A DNA stretch of 32,000 bases from Candidatus Saccharimonadota bacterium (lineage in GTDB: Bacteria; Patescibacteriota; Gracilibacteria; UBA4473). Location: the NCBI GenBank assembly GCA_030429505.1, contig JAUIFI010000001.1, positions 360,001-392,000 on the forward strand. The letters run 5' to 3'. Positions 24,262 to 31,568 of this stretch are shown one piece after another. The notes beneath the pieces were generated by a model that did no database searches, was not told the DNA's origin, and saw only the letters and a list, made by a program, of their open reading frames with translations. Within the stretch, counting starts at the first letter, position 1, and every line of letters starts with the position of its first letter. Position numbers and translations under genes: made by a program.

Positions 24262-25638
24262 TTAAGCCTTTTTATCCGGATGATACTTGTCGATAACTTT
24301 TTGATTGAGCCGTTTAAGTTCCGATATTGGGAATGGACGAAGTAATTCCCATCCAAGTTCAAGCGATTCCAAAATCGTTCGTTCTTTTTCGAACCCTTGT
24401 CCGATAAATTCCTTTTCAAATGTATCAGCAAAAGCTAAATATGTTTTATCAATGTCAGATAACGAGCTTTCTCCTAACACCACAGCCAATTCACGCACAT
24501 CTTTACCTCGAGCATAACAAGCAAAAAGCTGGTCTTTGAGTTTAGAATGATCATCTCGAGTTTTCCCTTCTCCCATACCAGATCCCGCTAAACGAGAAAG
24601 AGATTTAAGTACATCTACCGGAGGAGATATCTTTCGCTGATGTAAACCACGATCAAGTACAAACTGACCTTCAGTAATATACCCAGTCAAATCTGGAATC
24701 GGATGCGTAATATCATCCTCAGGCATAGATAAAATCGGCATCTGAGTAACAGATCCTTTTGCTCCTTTGATGCGCCCTGCTCGTTCATAAATAGTCGACA
24801 AATCCGTATACAAGTATCCAGGATATCCTCGTCTCCCTGGAACTTCCTTCCGCGCTGCTGAGACTTCACGCAAAGCTTCGGCATAGTTTGTCATATCAGT
24901 AAGAATAACCAACACATGCATATCTTTTTCAAAAGCCAAATATTCGGCAAAAGACAAAGCCATGCGAGGGACAGCAATCCTCTCAACTACTGGATCTGCG
25001 GCAGTATTAATAAAAAGTGCCGCCTTTTCAATGGCCCCAGTTCGCTCAAATTCTCGTTGAAAATACATAGCTTCTTCAAAAGTCACCCCCATAGCACCAA
25101 ATACTACAGCAAAATCAGAACCATCATTTACTTTTGCCTGACGAGCGATTTGAGTAGCCAGTTCTGCATGAGGCAAACCAGATCCAGAAAAAACCGGTAG
25201 TTTTTGACCTCGTACCAAAGTATTCATAACATCCAAAGATGATACTCCTGTCTGAATAAAATCTGCTGGGAAAGTTCGAGAATAAGGATTTATTGCTTGT
25301 CCAGATATATCAATAACCTTCTCTGGCAAAACTTCAGGACTCCCATCAATCGGTTTTCCAGAACCATTAAAAATTCGCCCAAGCATCGATTGAGAAACTC
25401 CAAGTGTTGCCACTTTTCCAAGAAACTTTGCCTTAAGACCTTCGGTAGACAAACCCTGAGTCGATTCAAACATCTGAACAAGTGCCTTTGAGCCACGTGC
25501 TTCAAGTACTTTTCCCATTTTTCGCTCACCAGAAGCTGTTTTTACCTCCACAAGTTCTTCATATTTCACACCATCAACACCTTCTACTACGAGGATAGGA
25601 CCCGCAATAGCCTCAATACGTTCATAAATTTTTTGCAT
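24262..25638 (-). CDS. ntpB: V/A-type ATPase subunit B (non-catalytic)
   Basis: The internal ATG at 25638 gives [32 protein letters not shown].... [25 protein letters not shown] is the B-subunit equivalent of the P-loop. The C-terminus [27 protein letters not shown] also fits. The 43 upstream codons in the track ORF overlap the promoter and are rejected. Confidence 0.93.
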   Translation of the reverse strand: MQKIYERIEAIAGPILVVEGVDGVKYEELVEVKTASGERKMGKVLEARGSKALVQMFESTQGLSTEGLKAKFLGKVATLGVSQSMLGRIFNGSGKPIDGSPEVLPEKVIDISGQAINPYSRTFPADFIQTGVSSLDVMNTLVRGQKLPVFSGSGLPHAELATQIARQAKVNDGSDFAVVFGAMGVTFEEAMYFQREFERTGAIEKAALFINTAADPVVERIAVPRMALSFAEYLAFEKDMHVLVILTDMTNYAEALREVSAARKEVPGRRGYPGYLYTDLSTIYERAGRIKGAKGSVTQMPILSMPEDDITHPIPDLTGYITEGQFVLDRGLHQRKISPPVDVLKSLSRLAGSGMGEGKTRDDHSKLKDQLFACYARGKDVRELAVVLGESSLSDIDKTYLAFADTFEKEFIGQGFEKERTILESLELGWELLRPFPISELKRLNQKVIDKYHPDKKA

Positions 25639-25670
25639 AACAAAAAAACCTAAAAAATAATTTCCAGTAA

Positions 25671-25698
25671 ATTCTAAAAGGGTTTGAGGAAATGTCAA
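25671..25698 (-). promoter_or_regulatory. Promoter of ntpB (TTGACA-N16-TAGAAT on the minus strand)
   Basis: Reverse complement of 25693-25698 is TTGACA and of 25671-25676 is TAGAAT. The -10 ends about 32 nt upstream of the ntpB ATG. Confidence 0.65.
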
Positions 25699-25778
25699 AG
25701 GTTTTCGATTTTTATATTTTATATCCATCAAGAAAAAGACGTGTTGATTGTTTTTTCTTTTTACCAATAATACTGCCG

Positions 25779-26261
25779 ATGCTAGAAGCCTATATCAAAA
25801 CATTTCTCTGGGCGTGTACTCCATTACTCGAGCTTCGCTTTTCAATTCCAGCGGGAGTTGGGTTTTATGAACTATCTTTGATACAATCAACCATAATATC
25901 AATCATTGCAACAATACTGATAACTATTATCCTTGCCTTAATCCTTCCCAAAATCGTACTCTTTTGTGATCGTCACATTCCACTCTTTGATCGAATACTC
26001 AAAAAAATATTTGAAAAAACCAGAGCCAAACACTCACATCGTATAGAAATACTTGGAGAAGTAGCACTTCTCTTTTTTATAGCAGTACCACTTCCAGGAA
26101 GTGGAGCTTGGACTGGCGTAATTGCAGCTTATCTCTTTGGAGTTTCTACAAAAAAAACAATTCTCTTGGTGAGTGCGGGTGTTACTTTGAGTGGAATTAT
26201 TGTAGCTATATTAACCTTTTTGGGTTTTGGTATTTGGGATATTGTTAACGGAGGCGAATAA
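25779..26261 (+). CDS. Small membrane protein of the putative small multidrug export family (COG2426-like)
   Basis: The ATG at 25779 gives [29 protein letters not shown]... (the P.iElR.aIP motif) and the C-terminal LPGSGAWTG motif, with 4 TM. The upstream part of the track ORF overlaps the ntpB promoter. Confidence 0.65.
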   Translation: MLEAYIKTFLWACTPLLELRFSIPAGVGFYELSLIQSTIISIIATILITIILALILPKIVLFCDRHIPLFDRILKKIFEKTRAKHSHRIEILGEVALLFFIAVPLPGSGAWTGVIAAYLFGVSTKKTILLVSAGVTLSGIIVAILTFLGFGIWDIVNGGE

Positions 26262-26751
26262 TATTTTCTTCTGTAAAATCCCAAATTTCAGAGGGAGGAG
26301 TAAAAGACAAAGATTCAAATCCTGGAAATATCATTATCTTATCACTCCATTGCTTTTGAATTTGATCTGATTCAAATATTGGTTCATCACCACTAATATT
26401 AGCAGAAGTAGCCGTAATAGGGTATTCAATGACCTCAGCAACTTCTAAAATAGTACTAATACGAAAAGCAACTTTCTCTAGTGGCCAAAAAGAAGAAGCG
26501 GGGAGCGAGTTTTTAGGCTTCAAAATCACAGTACGTGGTTTTTCAAAGAAAAAATCCTTCTCAAGACACGATGGAACTTCTGCAAAATCATGTAGCATAT
26601 TCCAATCACGTACCATCAAAGAAAAATATTTACCGGCTACGCGTCGCTTACATTCAAACAATCTTTGCAATGTATCAGGATCATCAGCTCTGACTCCCAA
26701 CCCAAAACTCGTATCTGTCGGATAAGCCCAAATCTCTCCGTATTGAAACAT
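26245..26751 (-). CDS. tsaC: L-threonylcarbamoyladenylate synthase (TsaC/YrdC family)
   Basis: The ATG at 26751 gives MFQYGEIWAYPTDTSFGLGVRADD...ITATSANISGDEP, the YrdC-domain signatures. The track ORF (to 26883) reads through the tRNA-Ser gene and is rejected. The 3' end overlaps the convergent membrane-protein gene by 17 nt. Confidence 0.8.
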   Translation of the reverse strand: MFQYGEIWAYPTDTSFGLGVRADDPDTLQRLFECKRRVAGKYFSLMVRDWNMLHDFAEVPSCLEKDFFFEKPRTVILKPKNSLPASSFWPLEKVAFRISTILEVAEVIEYPITATSANISGDEPIFESDQIQKQWSDKIMIFPGFESLSFTPPSEIWDFTEENIIRLR

Positions 26752-26807
26752 ACTCAAAGTATACTTAACAATCTCTTTCAAGAAAGTAACCCTTAATAAT
26801 TTATTTT

Positions 26808-26897
26808 TGGCGGAGAGAGAGGGATTCGAACCCTCGGTACCTTTGCAGGCACAACTCCTTAGCAGGGAGCCCCGTTCGACCACTCCGGCATCTCTCC
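26808..26897 (-). tRNA. tRNA-Ser (anticodon GCU), class II with a 5-bp variable arm, CCA encoded
   Basis: Reverse complement folds by hand: acceptor GGAGAGA/TCTCTCC; D stem CCG/CGG; anticodon stem GCTCC/GGAGT with loop CTGCTAA; variable arm GTGCC-TGCAAA-GGTAC; T arm GAGGG-TTCGAAT-CCCTC; discriminator G; CCA. Confidence 0.93.
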
Positions 26898-26928
26898 GTC
26901 ACAACTTATTTACGCTCTAAGAATCTTT

Positions 26929-28368
26929 TTACGAATGATGAATAAGGAACCTTTTCCTTTGCATCCACACCATTCCAAAGTACAGTAAAGAACCAGCTAC
27001 AGCACTCATAGTAAAGTTTTTCCCGAGAGGGGTCAAATAAATAAGTCCTGCCAGTATCCCATTCATAAAAAGGATTCTAAATATATTGGAGAAAGAAAAG
27101 GGGAGTGTAAATCGCTTCAAAACATATCTGAAGAGCAAACCAAATACAAATAATTCACACACCACAGTCGATAAAGCTGCCGCCAAAAGACCATAGAGAG
27201 GGAGAAAAATAAGATTAAGCGCAACATTTGCTCCCAAAGCCAAACCATTCACAATCAGTAAATATCGTTGCTTATTTTGAGACACCAAAGCAAAAGAAAA
27301 CAGTTGATTAAGATAAGCAAAAAGAACTGTAGGAATAAGAATAAGTAAAAGAGTATCAGATCCCAAAAAACCAGGTTTAGAAAGAAAATCTGAAGAACTC
27401 AAAAGCGACACAATATTCGAAGAAAAAGCAGAGATCCCAATAATTATGGGGAGAGAGAATAAAAGAAGCATTTCCATACCCCACACTAATGTTTTCGAGT
27501 GTTGTGTAAGGTTGTCTTCTTCAGAAGACATCTTGGGTAAAATTGCCTGACCAAAAAACACTCCCAAAACCAAAAAACTTTCCAGTACTCGAGTCGAGAC
27601 TCCATATACCCCTACGGCAGAAGCCGTTAAAAGGAGGGAAATAATCACTACATCAACACGCAAATAAAGTGTCTGTAAGATTAAAGCGAGACCGTAGGGG
27701 AGAGCATTACGAAAAATATTTTTCCACCATTCAAAAGCAAATCCCAGCCGTATACGAATTTCTCTCGATACAAATACAATCACTGTTCCACAAAAAAGAA
27801 GATTTGAAATTACTCCTGCCAACAGCATAGTCAAAAACAAATTCGCTTCGCTCATACCAAAAATATCCATATTACGAGCAATAAAAAAGATAAATAAAGC
27901 CAACAAAACCTTCCCCAAAACCAGCCCTCCAGAAAAATATTGAATCTTCATTCGAGCCTGTAATACAGAACTCAACGTGCCCGCCACAATAGTCAAAGCC
28001 ATCGAAAGCCCAGTAATCCAAATTCCCATTTTTATAAGCGGAGAGTAGGAGGGGATAAACTGAGCACTTATACCAGCCAATAATGTCACTCCCAAAATAA
28101 GGAGTAAGCGCATAGAAAAAATATTTGCCAAAATAAATTCTGTATCTTTCGGCTTTTTCGACATTTCTCTCACCGCAATTGCAAAAAGACCACTGTCAGC
28201 AATAATACCAAAAAAAGCCAGAAATTCATACACCGTCACATAATTCCCATAAAACTCTTTTCCAAAACTCGTCACAATTTTCACCACAACAAAACTCGCT
28301 ATTACAGATAAAACTTTGCCCACAATCTGAGCAAAAGCATTGCCAAGTACCTTCTTTTGAGTAGCCAT
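26929..28368 (-). CDS. MOP-superfamily polysaccharide/oligosaccharide flippase (Wzx/PST-like)
   Basis: 479 aa with about 12-14 TM. The N-terminus KKVLGNAFAQIVGKVLSVIASFVVVKIVTSFGKEFYGNYVTVYEFLAFFGIIADSGL is typical of PST-family flippases. Confidence 0.8.
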   Translation of the reverse strand: MATQKKVLGNAFAQIVGKVLSVIASFVVVKIVTSFGKEFYGNYVTVYEFLAFFGIIADSGLFAIAVREMSKKPKDTEFILANIFSMRLLLILGVTLLAGISAQFIPSYSPLIKMGIWITGLSMALTIVAGTLSSVLQARMKIQYFSGGLVLGKVLLALFIFFIARNMDIFGMSEANLFLTMLLAGVISNLLFCGTVIVFVSREIRIRLGFAFEWWKNIFRNALPYGLALILQTLYLRVDVVIISLLLTASAVGVYGVSTRVLESFLVLGVFFGQAILPKMSSEEDNLTQHSKTLVWGMEMLLLFSLPIIIGISAFSSNIVSLLSSSDFLSKPGFLGSDTLLLILIPTVLFAYLNQLFSFALVSQNKQRYLLIVNGLALGANVALNLIFLPLYGLLAAALSTVVCELFVFGLLFRYVLKRFTLPFSFSNIFRILFMNGILAGLIYLTPLGKNFTMSAVAGSLLYFGMVWMQRKRFLIHHS

Positions 28369-28587
28369 AGCTTAAGTATATAAGATGATAACAAAGTTTT
28401 AAAGTTCGTAGAGTTTTAACTATTTCGTTTTCAATGGAAGGTGATAGAGTGAGACCATATTTTATAGAAACCAACTTAATAAATTTAACTCCAGAAGTGA
28501 AAAATATTTTTTCAGGAACTATTGATATAGTTCAAAACAATTTAAATTGTGAAGTTATTTTCCAAATTTCAAATTAGGATCAGCAAT

Positions 28588-29307
28588 ATGAATAAAAACC
28601 TAAAAAAAGAACAAGAACTTATTGAAGAATGTTTTAAAAATCTCGGAACAAAAACAGATATTGGGAAAATCTATTATTTATGGCAAAAAATTCTGGCTTT
28701 TCAAAGTAATATTTTCATTCAATGTTTTTTTGATATTGATCACCTTCCTTCTTATCAAAGTGGAGGTTCAAAAAAAATATTAATCCAAAAAACATCAGAA
28801 AATGGATTTTTGGAACTCGATAGTGATGGCAAGCCTAAAAAAGAACATCTTTTTTTAGAACAAGTTTTAAACTTCACCTTTCGTGAACCCAAAAAACAAG
28901 AGGAATTAAAAAAAATCGGAACAAAAAAATACGCTGAATACTGCCAAAATCACAATCTCAAAAAAATGACATATGAAGAATTTATGGAAATAAATTGGGA
29001 CTGGAATGCAATTAAGGAATTAGAAAGAGAGAGAAATAAAAAGGAGTATACAGAAAAAGATGTAATCAGGATTGTAGGCTATGTCCGACATTTTGTGGAA
29101 CACCTCGATGAATTAGTACTAGAAACTGATGATCAAGCCCTTTTACAAGGATTTTGGGAAATGATCTTTGAGGAGTATCCGACACTTGAGACACTCAAGA
29201 GTGGAACACTTAAAATATCCCCTATTATTCGACTAAAAGAAGAATTGGAGAGTAATAAAAACGTGTTGGCAGCGCCAGGGGGAATCGAACCCCCGTTACC
29301 AGAATGA
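28588..29307 (+). CDS. Hypothetical protein (239 aa) whose last 41 nt are antisense to tRNA-Glu
   Basis: AGGA lies 8 nt upstream of the ATG at 28588 (the track starts at GTG 28549). K/E-rich with no family recognised. The stop TGA at 29305-29307 is the complement of UCA in the tRNA anticodon loop. Confidence 0.5.
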   Translation: MNKNLKKEQELIEECFKNLGTKTDIGKIYYLWQKILAFQSNIFIQCFFDIDHLPSYQSGGSKKILIQKTSENGFLELDSDGKPKKEHLFLEQVLNFTFREPKKQEELKKIGTKKYAEYCQNHNLKKMTYEEFMEINWDWNAIKELERERNKKEYTEKDVIRIVGYVRHFVEHLDELVLETDDQALLQGFWEMIFEEYPTLETLKSGTLKISPIIRLKEELESNKNVLAAPGGIEPPLPE

Positions 29308-29341
29308 AAATCTGGCGTCCTAACCACTAGACGATGGCGCC
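29267..29341 (-). tRNA. tRNA-Glu (anticodon UUC), CCA encoded
   Basis: Reverse complement folds by hand: acceptor GGCGCCA/TGGCGCT (G1-U72); D arm GTCT-AGTGGTTA-GGAC; anticodon stem CCAGA/TCTGG with loop TTTTCAT; variable loop TAAC; T arm GGGGG-TTCGATT-CCCCC; discriminator G; CCA. Confidence 0.93.
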
Positions 29342-29387
29342 TCAAGAAGACTTAAATAAAATAGCTATGGAAAAAAAGAGCGCCGAC

Positions 29388-29415
29388 ATTCTAAAGAAAC
29401 TGGAAACATCGTCAA
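29388..29415 (-). promoter_or_regulatory. Promoter of tRNA-Glu (TTGACG-N16-TAGAAT on the minus strand)
   Basis: Reverse complement of 29410-29415 is TTGACG and of 29388-29393 is TAGAAT. The -10 ends about 46 nt upstream of the mature tRNA 5' end. Confidence 0.65.
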
Positions 29416-29637
29416 ACTTTTTAAAAATATAAATAAAAAATAAGAAAAATAGATGGACTCTAATACCTTTTTTAAAAAAAAATCGCTCAAATCGAATATT
29501 TCGCATTAACCTTTTTATAGATTGATATACAGGAGGTAGTAGAGAATAATACCCTTATTTTAGATAACACAATATATCTTGGTTTAACCAAAACAAGGGG
29601 ATCCATAAATTCTAAAAACATTCATCCTAAACTTATT

Positions 29638-29665
29638 TTGACTTTTAAAAAGAAAATCATAGTAT
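29638..29665 (+). promoter_or_regulatory. Promoter of ntpD (TTGACT-N16-TAGTAT)
   Basis: The -35 is at 29638-29643 and the -10 at 29660-29665, 30 nt upstream of the ntpD ATG. Confidence 0.6.
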
Positions 29666-29695
29666 TTAAGCACAAATTAGTAGTAAAAAAAGGAT

Positions 29696-30325
29696 ATGGC
29701 TATCAAAAGTGTAACAGCAACTCGCATGACTTTGTTAGGACTAAAAAACCAAACAAAAGTCGCCCAGCGAGGACATAAACTTCTCAAAGATAAACAAGAT
29801 GGTCTTATGCAAGAGTTTCTAAAGATCATTCATAAAGCAAAAGAGCTAAGAAAAAAAGCAGAAAAATCGCTGATATCAGCAAATATTATGTTTTTGGAAG
29901 CACAGGCACACATGGAGAAAGCTGTGATTGAAAATACACTCGCAAACCCTTCTCAAACTATAACACTAGAAGTAAAAACAAAAAACGTTATGGCGACCCG
30001 CATCCCCTCCTTTCATTTAAAAACAAAAGGAAATGCCCTAGACTTCGGATATGTACAAACACGAGGAGAGTTAGATATAGCCATAAAAAACTTTGCAAAA
30101 GTATTTCAAATACTAATAGAACTTGCAGAAATTGAAAAATCAGCTGAAAATTTAGCCCTTGAAATCGAAAAAACCAGACGAAGAGTCAATGCGCTTGAAC
30201 ACAGGTTAATACCAGATCTAACCGACACACTCAAGTTTATAAAAATGAAACTAGACGAAGCCGAAAGATCTACCATTGTACAAGTTATGGCTATTAAAGC
30301 CATGATTGAAAAACAGGCTGTTTAA
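29696..30325 (+). CDS. ntpD: V/A-type ATPase subunit D (central stalk)
   Basis: MAIKSVTATRMTLLGLKNQTKVAQRGHKLLKDKQDGLMQEF is the conserved N-terminus of V-type D subunits. The coiled-coil C-terminus has RRRVNALEHRLIP. Confidence 0.9.
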   Translation: MAIKSVTATRMTLLGLKNQTKVAQRGHKLLKDKQDGLMQEFLKIIHKAKELRKKAEKSLISANIMFLEAQAHMEKAVIENTLANPSQTITLEVKTKNVMATRIPSFHLKTKGNALDFGYVQTRGELDIAIKNFAKVFQILIELAEIEKSAENLALEIEKTRRRVNALEHRLIPDLTDTLKFIKMKLDEAERSTIVQVMAIKAMIEKQAV

Positions 30326-30351
30326 TCCTTTCTATCCAATTTAATATCATC

Positions 30352-31524
30352 ATGAAAAAACTATTCCTACCAGCTCTCTTTCTCATCTTAAGCACATCTC
30401 TATTCTCTGAAAATGTTTCTGCTCGAGAAATAAGTGATTATCTATATGAAAAAAATATCATTATTCCATTAGTACAAAAACAAACAACTATAGGCATAAA
30501 CTTGGACGAAACTGTATTGAAACATACAAACCCTAAAAAATTTAGAGACATCAATATATTCGACAATGACAATAATACTGTTCCTTTCAGAATTTATTCT
30601 GAACCCGCCCAAAAAGTGGAGACACCCAAGGTAATAGAAGTGTCCTCAAATAAAAAAGGAAAACCTGAATACCTCGTAGATGGGGATATACTTACAACCT
30701 TTTCTTTTGACCCAAAAGAAGAAGGTCCTGTATCATTTACCCTTGACTTAGGAGAACCTATGCAAGTAACGCGAGTAAACATTTTCGAAGATCAGATAAA
30801 AAAACGAGTCAAACAAATTCAAATAACAGGAGGTTTAAGAAAAGACAAACTCAAAACTATTGTTTCAAAGCGTGCTTTTGACTGGCAATTTGATTTTAAT
30901 TCTCCCACTATTCGGTTCTTACAAATAAGTCTGTGGGGAACAAGAGGTATAAACATAAGCAATACAAGAATATTTAGAAATACAAAAGCAAAAGTCTTTT
31001 TTGAGGCATTACCAGGAAAACGCTACAAAATACTTTACGGCAACCCAACCCTTGACTCCATCCTTTACACGGTATTAGACAAAGAAGAAAAAGCGCAAAA
31101 AGAAGTAACCCTAAGTAAACAAGATATAAACCCTCTCTTTCCGGAAGATTTTGATAAAGATGGCATCAATAATGATCTTGATAACTGTCCATTCGTTTCA
31201 AATCCTATGCAACGTGATTCTGACGAAGATCGCATAGGAAACGACTGTGACAACGCTCCCAAAAACAAAAATGCAAACCAGTATGACATTGATCAAGATG
31301 GTATTGGAGATGTTATCGACAACTGCAAACTTATCGCTAACCCAGACCAAAAAAATAAAGACAAAGATCAATACGGAGATGCTTGTGATAATGCCTTTGA
31401 AAACGAAACTTCAGGAAATAATATTAATATTACACCTGTATCTACTGGAAGCTTAATACTTCTCATCATAGTTTTACTCTTCATATTTCACCAAGCAAAG
31501 AAAGCCAAAAAAAAGAAAAAGTAA
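30352..31524 (+). CDS. Surface protein: signal peptide, discoidin/galactose-binding-like region, thrombospondin type-3 Ca-binding repeats, C-terminal TM anchor with poly-Lys tail
   Basis: Signal peptide MKKLFLPALFLILSTSLFSENVSA. TSP3-type repeats: DKDGINNDLDNCPFVSNPMQRDSDEDRIGNDCDN and DIDQDGIGDVIDNCKLIANPDQKNKDKDQYGDACDN. The C-terminus is LILLIIVLLFIF followed by HQAKKAKKKKK. Confidence 0.75.
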   Translation: MKKLFLPALFLILSTSLFSENVSAREISDYLYEKNIIIPLVQKQTTIGINLDETVLKHTNPKKFRDINIFDNDNNTVPFRIYSEPAQKVETPKVIEVSSNKKGKPEYLVDGDILTTFSFDPKEEGPVSFTLDLGEPMQVTRVNIFEDQIKKRVKQIQITGGLRKDKLKTIVSKRAFDWQFDFNSPTIRFLQISLWGTRGINISNTRIFRNTKAKVFFEALPGKRYKILYGNPTLDSILYTVLDKEEKAQKEVTLSKQDINPLFPEDFDKDGINNDLDNCPFVSNPMQRDSDEDRIGNDCDNAPKNKNANQYDIDQDGIGDVIDNCKLIANPDQKNKDKDQYGDACDNAFENETSGNNINITPVSTGSLILLIIVLLFIFHQAKKAKKKKK

Positions 31525-31568
31525 AAATATTTTGTTCAAAAAAAAGAAACTCAGTACACTAAACACAC

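Noticed and set aside
25639-25767. N-terminal 43 codons of track ORF 24262..25767 (ntpB)
   Set aside because: The extension covers the TTGACA-N16-TAGAAT promoter and has no counterpart in V-type B subunits. The homologous sequence begins at [14 protein letters not shown].
260-26725. Numerous 60-140 aa ORFs nested in or antisense to long conserved genes. Examples: 260..616, 389..637, 396..704, 1641..1910, 2844..3143, 4033..4458, 6062..6421, 6345..6737, 10447..10737, 15393..15680, 17340..17609, 18217..18733, 20005..20280, 24916..25200, 26429..26725.
   Set aside because: They overlap genes with clear homology-type signatures, have skewed or odd composition, and lack start-site context. These are typical shadow ORFs of an AT-rich genome.
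26752-26883. N-terminal 44 codons of track ORF 26245..26883
   Set aside because: This stretch is the antisense-free read-through of the tRNA-Ser gene (…GTEGSNPSLS…). The YrdC-domain protein starts at the ATG at 26751.
26808-29341. Genomic island integrated at tRNA-Ser or tRNA-Glu
   Set aside because: There is no integrase, no direct repeat of either tRNA 3' end that I could find, and the intervening genes are a housekeeping-type flippase and one orphan ORF.
29366-29431. 21-codon ORF (MEKKSADILKKLETSSNFLKI) in the tRNA-Glu/ntpD spacer, and a 33-codon ORF at 5627
   Set aside because: There is no SD or conservation evidence. The first overlaps the tRNA-Glu promoter on the opposite strand. They are most likely chance ORFs.
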